From positions 10,068 to 74,067 of the forward strand of contig CAZLPF010000002.1 of NCBI GenBank assembly GCA_964561365.1: a DNA stretch of 64,000 nt, given 5' to 3'. The DNA is from an uncultured Candidatus Saccharibacteria bacterium. GTDB taxonomy: Bacteria; Patescibacteriota; Doudnabacteria; UBA920. Below are positions 47,213-56,211 of this stretch, piece after piece. Every line of letters begins with the position of its first letter. Positions within the stretch are counted from its first letter, which is position 1. The notes below the pieces were generated by a model. The model saw only the letters and a list, made by a program, of their open reading frames with translations. It had not been told where the DNA came from and did not search any database. Position numbers and translations under genes: made by a program.

Positions 47213-48071
47213 CATGCTCGTCGACACCCACGCCCACGTAAACTTCAGAGCCTTCGCCGCCGACCGCGGCGCGGTGCTAGCGCGCGCCCGTGAGGCGGGC
47301 GTTGCCGTGGTGAACGTCGGCACGCACCTGGGCACCTCGCGCTCGGCGGTAGCCCTGGCGCGCGAAAACCCCGGCCTCGCCTACGCGGTGGTGGGCCTGC
47401 ACCCGGTCCACACCTACGAGCAGGATTTGGAAGAAGAGGGCGACGCGTTCCGCACCCACGGCGACGTGTTCGACGCCGGGGCGTTCCGGGAACTCGCCGG
47501 CGACCCGTCCGTGGTCGGCATCGGCGAGTGCGGGCTCGACTACTACCGGCTGCCGGAAGACGAAGATCCGGCGCCGATCAAGCAGCGCCAGCGCGAGGCC
47601 TTCGCGGCGCAGATCCGCCTGGCCAAAGAGCTGAACAAGGCGCTCGTCATCCACTGCCGTCCAAGTAAAGGCACGCAGGACGCCTACGAAGATATTTTGA
47701 AAATTTTGGACGGGGAGGGGACTGAACGTTTGCGCTTTGAGGCGCACAGCTTTACCGGCACCGCAGAGACGGCGAACGCGTTCGTTTCACGCGGCGCGTA
47801 CATCGGCATCAACGGCATTGTGACCTTCGACAAGACTGGCGAAATGGAGCGCGTGGTCAAGGCCGTGCCGCTCGAGCGCATCGTCCTCGAAACCGACTGC
47901 CCCTACCTCGCGCCCGTGCCCTTCCGGGGGAAACGAAATGAGCCACGGTACGTAATGTCCGTGGCCCAGAAGCTTGCCGAGCTGAAAGGTGTGAGCGGAG
48001 CCGAGGTGGCTGAAGCGACGAACCGTTCCGCCGCAAAGCTATTTGGTGTCCTCCTCGGCGTTGATCTTTAG
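47213..48071 (+). CDS. tatD: TatD family metal-dependent deoxyribonuclease
   Basis: Start at MLVDTHAHVNF after AAGGAGCG SD; HxH, E, H, H, D metal ligands. Confidence 0.9.
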
Positions 48072-48341
48072 CGCCTTCAAGAATTTGTGATCCTGGTTGG
48101 TCCACCTGATCTTCCCGGGCTCACCGGTTGCCGCTTGGGTGTCAGGAGCAAGGGGCAGGTCTTCTCCCGTTTCTCCGTCGTCCCGTTTATTGAAGCCTAT
48201 GGTAGCCTCGAGCACCAGGAACACGTCGTACCCGGCGCGTTTGATCTCACCGATGGCTTCGGCGATGCGGTCAGAGTCAGACAGCGACTCATTGATCGCG
48301 TTGCCGAGCTCTTGCATCAGCTGCATTAACCTTTCGTCCAT
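48039..48341 (-). CDS. Small acidic hypothetical protein
   Basis: Start at MDERLMQ with GGGAGGA SD; 3' end overlaps tatD 3' end by 33 bp (convergent). Confidence 0.45.
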   Translation of the reverse strand: MDERLMQLMQELGNAINESLSDSDRIAEAIGEIKRAGYDVFLVLEATIGFNKRDDGETGEDLPLAPDTQAATGEPGKIRWTNQDHKFLKALKINAEEDTK

Positions 48342-48429
48342 ATATTGCAATCCTCCCGTTTTGCTATGATTTTCCCAAACTTTCTCGTATAGTTTAGCTG
48401 CTAGACAGCCTCGTAACAAGGCTACCCGT

Positions 48430-51400
48430 ATGCCCACTGACCGCTACGATCCAAAAAAAGTAGAAGCCCGATGGCAGAAGCACTGGCTGGCCAAAAAGGT
48501 TTTCAAGGCCAAGGATTTTTCGAAGCGGCCGAAGAAGTACATACTCGTGGAGTTCCCGTACCCGTCGGGCGCGGGCCTGCACATGGGCCACCTGCGCCCG
48601 TACGTCGCCGCCGACGTTTACACCCGCTTCCAGCGCGCGCGCGGACACGAGGTGCTGTTCCCCATCGGCTGGGACGCCTTCGGCCTGCCGGCCGAGAACT
48701 ACGCCATAAAGAACGGCGTGCACCCGAGCGTGTCCACGGCGCAGAACGTGAAGAACGCGAAAGCGCAAATGTTGTCGTGGGGTTTGTCGTTCGACTGGGA
48801 CCGGGAAATCAACACCACCGACCCGAGCTACTACCGTTTTACCCAGCGCATCTTCTTAGAGCTCTACCGCGCGGGGTTGGCCTACGAAGCCACCGGCATG
48901 ATCAACTGGTGCCCGAAGGACAAGACGGGCCTGGCCAACGAAGAGGTCATAGACGGCAAGTGCGAACGCTGCGGCACCGTGGTGGAGAAAAAAGAGCTAC
49001 GGCAGTGGTACCTGAAAATTACCGACTACGCCGACTCCCTGCTCGAGGGTTTGAACGAGCTGCCCGAATGGCCCGAACAGGTCAAGCTCCAGCAGGCGAA
49101 CTGGATCGGCAAGAGCGAGGGGCTCGTTGAGCGCTGGCAGGTTCAAGACATGGACCTCACGCTCGAAACGTTCACGACCTGGCCGCACACGACCTGGGGC
49201 GCGACCTTCATGGTCGTGGCGCCCGAACACCCGGTCATAGATCGGCTCGTGGGCGGCACCGAGCTCGAGAGCGGCGCCAAAAAATTCGCGGCGCGCTGCA
49301 TTGAGGCCAAGATTAAAGATCCCCTGAACGTCGCGAAGGAAAAAGAAGGCTTCTTCACCGGCCGCTACGCCGTAAACTACCTCACCGGTTGGAAGATGCC
49401 CATCTACATTGCCAACTTCGCCATTTACGATTACGGCACCGGTCTGGTGAAGTGCACGCCGGCGCACGACGAGCGCGACTTCGAGTTTGCTAAAAAGTAC
49501 CAGCTGCCGCTCGTGCCGGTGGTGGCGCCCATGGTGGAAGCCGACAACAGCGACTCGGCGCCGAAGCCCGGCCAGCCGGCCCGGAGCCTCGATGTCGCCT
49601 TCTGCGTTATCAAGCACGCGAAACAAGACCGCTACCTGGTGGTCAAGCACCACCGCAGCGGCGTGGACGGCTACCTGGCGTGCTCTGGCTCGCTCGAACC
49701 CGGAGAGACGCCGGAGCAGGCCGGGGAACGCGAGATTCGCGAGGAAACAGGCCTGAAGCATTTCCGTTTCATCCGTTCGCTCGGCGAGCCGGTCTACTTC
49801 AAGTACTTCAAGCCGAGCAAGAACGAGAACCGGCTCCTGAAGCTCATGCCGCTCTACTTTGAGGCTGACTCTGACGAACTCGAACCCACGACCGACTACG
49901 AGAAGGCCAAGCAGGAACCGGTGTGGCTCGACGGAAAAGACATAGAGAAGTTCCTCCGCACCCGTCCGTTCCACCGGACCTTCTACCGCCGCATGCGCGG
50001 CGAGGAGCCGCTCGAGCCGAAAATGGCCGCCGCCTACACCGGCGAAGGCGTCATGATCAACGCCGGCAAATTTATCGGCATGGAGAGCGGGGAAGCGCGC
50101 AGGGCCATTTCGGAGTTTTCCATTGCCGAAGGCCACGCCCGCTACGTGACCAACTACCGCCTGCGCGACTGGGTCTTTTCGCGCCAGCGCTACTGGGGCG
50201 AGCCTATTCCGCTCATCCACTGCGACGCCTGCGCGAGCCGGCCGCAGAAAGCGCTCCTCATTCACGGCTTCGAGGGCAGCCCTGAAGCGAACGAGTTTCC
50301 GTACCTGAAGCGAGAGCTCGAAGCGGCCGGCTTTACCGTCGTGGCACCGAAGCTCGAGGACGCCGACCATCCTACGGTGGAGTCTTGGACCAAGCAGCTC
50401 GTACCGCTCGTGCAGCAGCTCGGGCCGGACGACGTGGTCATGGGCCACAGCCTCGGAGCCAAGGCCGCCATTCTCGCGCTCCTGAAAGCCAAGAAAAAGA
50501 TCAAACACCTGTTCTTAATTGCGGGCACGCTCGGCAAGCTCTCCAAACCGCAGCGCGCCTTCTTTGACCGCGAGTGGCCGGACTCCGACAACGCGGCGCT
50601 CGAAAAGTTCTGGAACGCGCCGGCGAGCCTGAACCAAGCTTCCCGCCTGGCCGGCGAGGTGACTGCGGTACTCTCGGAAGACGACCCGTTCGTTTTGAAA
50701 GAGACCCACGAAAAGCTTCCCCGGAGCTGGAACGTGCTCTTTTGGCAGGGCTACGGCCACTTCGACGGCGAAGTGTACCCCGAGCTGCTCAAGCTCATCC
50801 TGTCAGCGAAGAACAGCGGCATTGTGCCGGTGCCGGAAAAAGATCTGCCGGTGCGCCTGCCGAACGTTGCCAAGTACGAACCGACGGGAACGGGGGAGTC
50901 GCCGCTCGCCGGCATCGACAGCTGGGTCAACGTCCGCTGCCCGGTCTGCAAGGGCCCGGGCCGGCGCGAGACGAACACCATGCCGCAGTGGGCCGGCAGC
51001 AGCTGGTACTGGCTGCGCTATGCAGACCCCAAAAATACCAAAGCCATTGCAGACAAGAGGAAGCTCGGCTACTGGCAGCCGGTTGATGTTTACTTCGGCG
51101 GCATGGAGCACACGACGCTGCACCTGCTCTACGCCCGTTTCTGGAATCAATTCCTCTTCGACCGCGGGCTCGCCACCTGCCGCGAGCCGTTCGAAAAGCG
51201 CGTGCCGCACGGCATTGTCCTCGGCCCCGACGGCGAGAAGATGTCCAAGAGCCGCGGCAACGTGGTGAACCCGCAGGACTTCGTGGAGAAGTTCGGCGCG
51301 GACGCGACCCGCATGTACGAAATGTTCCTTGGGCCGCACGGCGAAACCATCGCCTGGAACGAGCAGGGTATTTTGGGCGTCCGCCGCTTCCTCGACCGCG

Positions 51401-51924
51401 TCTGGACCTGGGGCAACGAAGTTGTCTCTGCCCCGCACGCGAAACAGAAAACCGCCGTTGAAACCGAGAAGGTCGACCGCCTGCTCCACAAGCTGACGAA
51501 GAAAATTACCGAAGACCTCAACGCGTTCCGTTTCAACACCTGCGTCTCGGCGTTCATGGAGTTCCATAACGAGGTCAAAGACGAATTCATTTCACTCGCG
51601 GGTCTGCGCCGGTTCCTGTCCCTCATGCATCCGTTCGCGCCGCACCTTGCTGAAGAGCTGGCGAGCTGCGCCGGGGTAAAGCGCAGCCTGCAGCTTGAGC
51701 CGTGGCCCGAGTTCGACCCGGCAAAGGTTGCCGACGCGACCGTGACCGTCGTGGTGCAGGTCAACGGAAAAGTTCGCGGCAGCATGGAGGTGGCGGCGAC
51801 CGCACCGCAAGATGAAGTTCAGGCAAAAGCCGTAGCGCTCCCGTCGGTGAAAGCCCACCTCGGCGGCGGGGTCATCAAGCGCGCGGTCTTCGTGCCCGGC
51901 AAGCTTTTAAACCTGGTTGTGTAG
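48430..51924 (+). CDS. leuS: Leucyl-tRNA synthetase with two inserted enzymatic domains (NUDIX and alpha/beta serine hydrolase)
   Basis: HMGH, editing domain (TTWPHT...PAHDERD), YRLRDWVFSRQRYWGEPIP, KMSKS; single uninterrupted 1164-aa ORF, about 300 aa longer than typical LeuRS. Confidence 0.9.
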   Translation: MPTDRYDPKKVEARWQKHWLAKKVFKAKDFSKRPKKYILVEFPYPSGAGLHMGHLRPYVAADVYTRFQRARGHEVLFPIGWDAFGLPAENYAIKNGVHPSVSTAQNVKNAKAQMLSWGLSFDWDREINTTDPSYYRFTQRIFLELYRAGLAYEATGMINWCPKDKTGLANEEVIDGKCERCGTVVEKKELRQWYLKITDYADSLLEGLNELPEWPEQVKLQQANWIGKSEGLVERWQVQDMDLTLETFTTWPHTTWGATFMVVAPEHPVIDRLVGGTELESGAKKFAARCIEAKIKDPLNVAKEKEGFFTGRYAVNYLTGWKMPIYIANFAIYDYGTGLVKCTPAHDERDFEFAKKYQLPLVPVVAPMVEADNSDSAPKPGQPARSLDVAFCVIKHAKQDRYLVVKHHRSGVDGYLACSGSLEPGETPEQAGEREIREETGLKHFRFIRSLGEPVYFKYFKPSKNENRLLKLMPLYFEADSDELEPTTDYEKAKQEPVWLDGKDIEKFLRTRPFHRTFYRRMRGEEPLEPKMAAAYTGEGVMINAGKFIGMESGEARRAISEFSIAEGHARYVTNYRLRDWVFSRQRYWGEPIPLIHCDACASRPQKALLIHGFEGSPEANEFPYLKRELEAAGFTVVAPKLEDADHPTVESWTKQLVPLVQQLGPDDVVMGHSLGAKAAILALLKAKKKIKHLFLIAGTLGKLSKPQRAFFDREWPDSDNAALEKFWNAPASLNQASRLAGEVTAVLSEDDPFVLKETHEKLPRSWNVLFWQGYGHFDGEVYPELLKLILSAKNSGIVPVPEKDLPVRLPNVAKYEPTGTGESPLAGIDSWVNVRCPVCKGPGRRETNTMPQWAGSSWYWLRYADPKNTKAIADKRKLGYWQPVDVYFGGMEHTTLHLLYARFWNQFLFDRGLATCREPFEKRVPHGIVLGPDGEKMSKSRGNVVNPQDFVEKFGADATRMYEMFLGPHGETIAWNEQGILGVRRFLDRVWTWGNEVVSAPHAKQKTAVETEKVDRLLHKLTKKITEDLNAFRFNTCVSAFMEFHNEVKDEFISLAGLRRFLSLMHPFAPHLAEELASCAGVKRSLQLEPWPEFDPAKVADATVTVVVQVNGKVRGSMEVAATAPQDEVQAKAVALPSVKAHLGGGVIKRAVFVPGKLLNLVV
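49540..50019 (+). other. NUDIX hydrolase domain inserted in LeuRS after the editing domain
   Basis: Perfect Nudix box GSLEPGETPEQAGEREIREETGL (Gx5Ex7REUxEExGU) at 49687-49755; insertion bounded by LeuRS segments AKKYQLPLVPVV and GVMINAGKF. Confidence 0.7.
50236..50814 (+). other. Alpha/beta serine-hydrolase domain (RBBP9/YdeN-like) inserted inside LeuRS zinc knuckle
   Basis: LIHGFEGS, nucleophile elbow GHSLG (50443-50457), DDP and GHF triad elements; inserted between HCDAC and conserved VPVPEKDLPVRLP / RCPVC. Confidence 0.7.
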
Positions 51925-51925
51925 G

Positions 51926-52582
51926 GTGCGGGCCGCTGACCCAAAATCGAAATCCGAACGCGCCTTGCAGGAGGCGCTTTCGTTTCTTAAGGCGGGCAAG
52001 GTGGTAGCCTACCCGACAGACACCTCGTACGGCCTCGCGGCCGACGCGAGCAACGCGTGGGCGGTTTTGCGCCTCTACCGCATAAAAGAGCGCAGCTTCA
52101 AGCAGCCCGTCCACGTTGTGGTAGGGTCGGTTGCTCAGGCCAAGCGGATTGTCGCATGGAACCGTACGGCCGGTCGGCTCGCTAGAAAATTTTGGCCCGG
52201 ACCGCTCACGCTCGTGCTGCCGCTCCGGTCACGCGCCCCGCTCCTCAAAAAATTGAGCGCACGTACCGGGTACTTAGGTTTGCGCATGCCGAAGCATCCG
52301 TTCGTTGCCGCGCTTTCCCGCGCATTCAAGCGGCCGTACACCGCTACGAGCGCGAACCCTTCGGGTGCGCGTTCGGGCGGCTACGACAGCTACTCCGCCG
52401 CCGACGTAGTGGTACAATTCAGCAAGCGGCGCCACCGCCCCGACGTGGTCATCGACGGCGGCCGGCTGCGGCGTACGAAACCCTCCACCGTGGTGAAAGT
52501 TGCCGGCGACGGCCGCGTGAGCGTCCTCCGATCGGGACCCGTTTCGAAATCAGAAATCAAAAAAGCAATTCATCAACGGTAA
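51926..52582 (+). CDS. tsaC: L-threonylcarbamoyladenylate synthase (Sua5/YrdC/TsaC family)
   Basis: KVVAYPTDTSYGLAADA signature; start uncertain (TTG 51917 overlapping leuS stop, or GTG 51926). Confidence 0.8.
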   Translation: MRAADPKSKSERALQEALSFLKAGKVVAYPTDTSYGLAADASNAWAVLRLYRIKERSFKQPVHVVVGSVAQAKRIVAWNRTAGRLARKFWPGPLTLVLPLRSRAPLLKKLSARTGYLGLRMPKHPFVAALSRAFKRPYTATSANPSGARSGGYDSYSAADVVVQFSKRRHRPDVVIDGGRLRRTKPSTVVKVAGDGRVSVLRSGPVSKSEIKKAIHQR

Positions 52583-52619
52583 TCAAGGTTAATCAATACC
52601 CATCAACATTGATTAATCC
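52571..52619 (+). promoter_or_regulatory. AT-rich palindromic motif B (CATCAACGGTAATCAAGGTTAATCAATACCCATCAACATTGATTAATCC)
   Basis: Shares core TTAATCAATAC(Y)CATCAACATT(R)ATTAA with motif A; inverted repeat TTAATCAA / TTGATTAA. Confidence 0.4.
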
Positions 52620-52640
52620 GGTTACCGCCTTTCCCCGAGC

Positions 52641-53789
52641 ATGATTTTCCACTTCCACTTCCCGCACTACTTCACGAAGCGCGTGCGGACAGAAGTTTCC
52701 GAGCTCTACGCCTCGAGTGCGATTTCCAACCTCGGGCTCTCGCTCGTCATGCTGTTCGAGCCCATTTTCCTGCACGTCGGCGTCGGGCTCTCGGTTCCGC
52801 AGGTGCTCTGGTTCATGGCCGGGGTTTACGCGATTTACATACTCTGCATTCCCGCCGGCGCCTGGCTCGCGAGCGTCCTCGGCTACCGCCGGACGCTCGC
52901 CGCCGCCGCGCCGCTCCAGATTGGCTACTGGCTCCTGCTGGCCGCGGCCGTCTCGCACCCCGTGGTCCTGCCGCTCGCCGCCGCCGCCTTCGGGCTCCAG
53001 AAGGCGGCCTACTGGCCGGCCTTCCACGCCGTACTCGCCCGCTACGGGCGCGAGCAGCAGGTCGGCCGCGAGTTCGGGGCCGTGAACTTCATCGTCATGG
53101 CTTCGCACATCGTCGGGCCGCTCATCGGCGGGTTCGTTTCCCAAGCCTACGGCGTACCGGCGACCCTCGTCGTCGCCTCGGTCGTCTGCCTCTGCTCGGC
53201 CATACCGCTCCTCGAAACGCCCGAGCGGTTCACGCCGAAACCCTACCGCTTCCAGGATACGCTCGCACTCTACCGCCGCTTCCCCCGCTTCGCGGCCGGA
53301 TACCTCGGCTTCGGCGAGGAGCTGCTCGTGCTGACCATCTGGCCCATATTCATGTACGCGGTCGTCAAGAACTTCGGGGGCACCGGCGCGCTCGCCACGG
53401 CGTCGTCGGTAGCGGCGGCGCTGTTTGCCCTCGCCATGGGCAAGCTCTCCGACCAGTACACGAAGCGCATGCTCATTCGCGTCGGCGCGGGCCTCACCGC
53501 CATAGTCTGGATGCTCCGGACCACCGTCTCGAGCGTCGGCGGCGTGTTCGCGGCTGACGCGCTGTCGCAGACCTCGAAAGAGGTCGCCTTCGTTCCGCTC
53601 TCGGCGCTCACGTACGTCCGCGCCGAAGAAACCCACATCCTGCCGTACGCCGTATTCTTCGAGCAGAGCCTGTCGGTCGGCAAGCTCGCGGCGGCAATCG
53701 TCGGCGCCGTGCTCTTTTCCCTGACCGGCAGCTACGCAGTCCTATTCTTCCTGGCGGCCCTGTTCTCGCTCATGTACACTTTACTGTGA
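52641..53789 (+). CDS. MFS transporter
   Basis: 382 aa, about 12 TM helices in 6+6 arrangement; family assigned by eye. Confidence 0.7.
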   Translation: MIFHFHFPHYFTKRVRTEVSELYASSAISNLGLSLVMLFEPIFLHVGVGLSVPQVLWFMAGVYAIYILCIPAGAWLASVLGYRRTLAAAAPLQIGYWLLLAAAVSHPVVLPLAAAAFGLQKAAYWPAFHAVLARYGREQQVGREFGAVNFIVMASHIVGPLIGGFVSQAYGVPATLVVASVVCLCSAIPLLETPERFTPKPYRFQDTLALYRRFPRFAAGYLGFGEELLVLTIWPIFMYAVVKNFGGTGALATASSVAAALFALAMGKLSDQYTKRMLIRVGAGLTAIVWMLRTTVSSVGGVFAADALSQTSKEVAFVPLSALTYVRAEETHILPYAVFFEQSLSVGKLAAAIVGAVLFSLTGSYAVLFFLAALFSLMYTLL

Positions 53790-53882
53790 CATGCGAAAGA
53801 GCCTCCTTTTCATTTTTGAGCGGATGGCCCGCTGCTAGCGGCCGGGGATGTTTTTGCACTACCACCTAACGAAAAACTCCCC

Positions 53883-55184
53883 ATGAACTACGCATCTCTC
53901 GAATCCGGCGACCCTGAAATCTACCGGCTCATCCGCGGCGAAGAACGGCGGCAATCCCGCGGCATGGAGCTCATCGCGAGCGAGAACTACACGTCGCCCG
54001 CGGTCCTCGAGGCGCTCGGTTCGGTCCTCACGAACAAGTACTCCGAAGGGTACCCCGGCAAGCGCTACTACGGAGGCCAGGAATTTACCGATCAGGTTGA
54101 GCAGCTCTGCATAGACCGCGCCAGGGCGCTCTTCCGATGCGACCACGCGAACGTCCAGCCGCTGTCGGGTGCCGCGGCCAACGTCGCCGCCTACTTTTCC
54201 TGGCTCGAGCCCGGCGACACGGTCCTCGGCATGGACCTCAGCCACGGCGGCCACCTGACCCACGGCAGCCCGGTCACGTACATCAGCAAGCTGTTCCGCT
54301 TCGTGCGCTACAAGATGCGGGACGTGGAGACCGGCGCCATTGACTTCGACGAGCTCCGGCAGACCGCGCTCCGGGAGAAGCCGAAAATAATCCTCGCCGG
54401 TTTCTCGGCCTACCCGCGCGAGCTCGACTACGCGGCCTTCAAGAAAATCGCCGACGAGGTTGGGGCCATTGCCATGGCCGACGTGGCCCACATTGCCGGG
54501 CTCATTGCCGCCGGCGTTCTGAAGAACCCGTTCGACTTCGGCTTCAACATGGTTACGACCACGACGCACAAGACGCTCCGCGGCCCCCGCGGCGGCATGA
54601 TCTTAACGCGCGGCACGGTGGGCAATCCCCTCAAGCAGGTTGAGAAAACCGTGGGAAACCTCCCGACGCTCGTTGACCGGTCGGTGTTTCCGGGGTTCCA
54701 GGGCGGGCCGCACGAGCACCAGATCGCCGGCATTGCGGTGGCGCTCCACGAAGCCGGCCAGCCGGAATTTAAAACCTACGCCGCGCAGGTCGTGAAGAAT
54801 GCCGCGGCCATGGCCGCGGAGCTCATGAGCCTGGGCGGCAAGCTCGTGACGAACGGAACCGACAACCACCTCATGGTCGTAAACTGCGACCAGACGTGGG
54901 GGACCGACGGCGCCGAAGTCGAGCACGTCCTCGACGCCATTGGCATCACCGCGAGCAAGAGCACGGTTCCCGACGACCCGAAACCCCCGTACAAACCCTC
55001 GGGCCTGCGGCTCGGGAGCCCGGCCATGACCACGCGCGGCCTCGGTGAAGCGGAGTTTAAACAGATCGCCCGCTGGATTGACCGCGCGGTGAAAGCCCGC
55101 AGCCAGGCCGATGAAATTGCCAAGCTGAAAGCCGAGGTCGAGGCGCTCTGCGCGCAGCACCCGGTGCCCGGGATCGGTAACTAG
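53883..55184 (+). CDS. glyA: Serine hydroxymethyltransferase
   Basis: PLP-lysine motif TTTHKTLRGPRGG; full-length SHMT. Confidence 0.95.
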   Translation: MNYASLESGDPEIYRLIRGEERRQSRGMELIASENYTSPAVLEALGSVLTNKYSEGYPGKRYYGGQEFTDQVEQLCIDRARALFRCDHANVQPLSGAAANVAAYFSWLEPGDTVLGMDLSHGGHLTHGSPVTYISKLFRFVRYKMRDVETGAIDFDELRQTALREKPKIILAGFSAYPRELDYAAFKKIADEVGAIAMADVAHIAGLIAAGVLKNPFDFGFNMVTTTTHKTLRGPRGGMILTRGTVGNPLKQVEKTVGNLPTLVDRSVFPGFQGGPHEHQIAGIAVALHEAGQPEFKTYAAQVVKNAAAMAAELMSLGGKLVTNGTDNHLMVVNCDQTWGTDGAEVEHVLDAIGITASKSTVPDDPKPPYKPSGLRLGSPAMTTRGLGEAEFKQIARWIDRAVKARSQADEIAKLKAEVEALCAQHPVPGIGN

Positions 55185-55192
55185 GCTGCTGC

Positions 55193-56014
55193 ATGCCGAG
55201 CGTATTCCAGGCACTCGTCCTCGGGCTCGTCCAGGGGCTGACCGAATTTTTACCGGTTTCGTCTTCCGCGCACCTCGCCGTTGCCCCGTGGCTCGCGGGC
55301 TGGCAAGACCCGGGCCTCGCGTTCGACATCGCCCTCCACTGGGGTACGCTGCTGGCCGTGCTCCTGTACTTCCGGCTCGATATCTGGAACCTCGCGCGGG
55401 GGTTCTGGCACAGCCTCTGGCCCTCGACGCGCGATTTTTCAGAGAACATATACCAGAAGCTCTCGTGGTTCGTCGTGGTTGCCACCATCCCCGGCGCCGT
55501 TGCCGGCAAGCTCCTCGAGCGAGCGGCTGAGCAGCAGTTCCGAGCGCCGCTGCTCATTGCCTGCACGCTCGCCGTCTTCGGCGTCGTTCTATTCATCGCC
55601 GACCGGCTCGGCACGAAAGGCAAAAACCTCGACCGCATGACCTGGACAGACGCGCTGCTCGTCGGTCTCGCCCAGGCCTTCGCCATTGTTCCCGGCGTGT
55701 CGCGGAGCGGCGCGACCATTGCCGCGGCCCTCGGCCGCGGCATGACGCGCGCCGATGCCGCGCGCTTCTCGTTCCTCCTGTCGGCGCCCATAATCTTCGG
55801 GGCCGGCGTCTTGAAGCTCCCCGAGCTCCGGCACGCGAGCGACGTGAGCGGCGTGGCGCTCGCCGTCGGGTTCTTCGCCTCGGCCGTTTCTGGCTACCTC
55901 GCCATCCGCTTCCTGCTCCGCTACCTTTCCACGAAGAGCTACGCGGTGTTCACCTGGTACCGCCTCGCGGCCGCGGCTTTGATCGTACTGCTGTGGTTTG
56001 GTAGAATGCGCTGA
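55193..56014 (+). CDS. uppP: Undecaprenyl-diphosphate phosphatase
   Basis: BacA family motifs GLTEFLPVSSSAHL and PGVSRSG. Confidence 0.9.
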   Translation: MPSVFQALVLGLVQGLTEFLPVSSSAHLAVAPWLAGWQDPGLAFDIALHWGTLLAVLLYFRLDIWNLARGFWHSLWPSTRDFSENIYQKLSWFVVVATIPGAVAGKLLERAAEQQFRAPLLIACTLAVFGVVLFIADRLGTKGKNLDRMTWTDALLVGLAQAFAIVPGVSRSGATIAAALGRGMTRADAARFSFLLSAPIIFGAGVLKLPELRHASDVSGVALAVGFFASAVSGYLAIRFLLRYLSTKSYAVFTWYRLAAAALIVLLWFGRMR

Positions 56015-56017
56015 CGC
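56009..56017 (+). promoter_or_regulatory. Extended -10 TGGTAGAAT immediately upstream of tRNA-Leu
   Basis: Within uppP 3' end; 7 nt before tRNA 5' end. Confidence 0.4.
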
Positions 56018-56024
56018 CGGAGTG

Positions 56025-56108
56025 GCGGAATGGCAGACGCACGCGACTCAAAATCGCGCGGGGAAACCCATGAGGGTTCGACTCCCTCCTCCGGCACCAC
56101 GGGCCCTG
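56025..56108 (+). tRNA. tRNA-Leu (anticodon CAA)
   Basis: Long variable arm, anticodon loop CTCAAAA, acceptor GCCGGAG/CTCCGGC, CCA encoded. Confidence 0.9.
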
Positions 56109-56211
56109 CATGGCTGCAGCCTGCGAGTACTGAATGTGTTCAGTCCTCTCTGGCTTTCGCCACCAACTCCTCCTACCCGATGAACCTGTCCGGGGTTCAT
56201 GGCAATCCCAA

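Noticed and set aside
48997-50508. 503-aa minus-strand ORF antisense to leuS
   Set aside because: Same high-GC antisense artefact; leuS on the plus strand is continuous and motif-complete.
52593-53636. 347-aa minus-strand ORF antisense to the MFS transporter gene
   Set aside because: Arg/Gly/Glu-rich low-complexity product; plus-strand gene has clear 12-TM MFS architecture.
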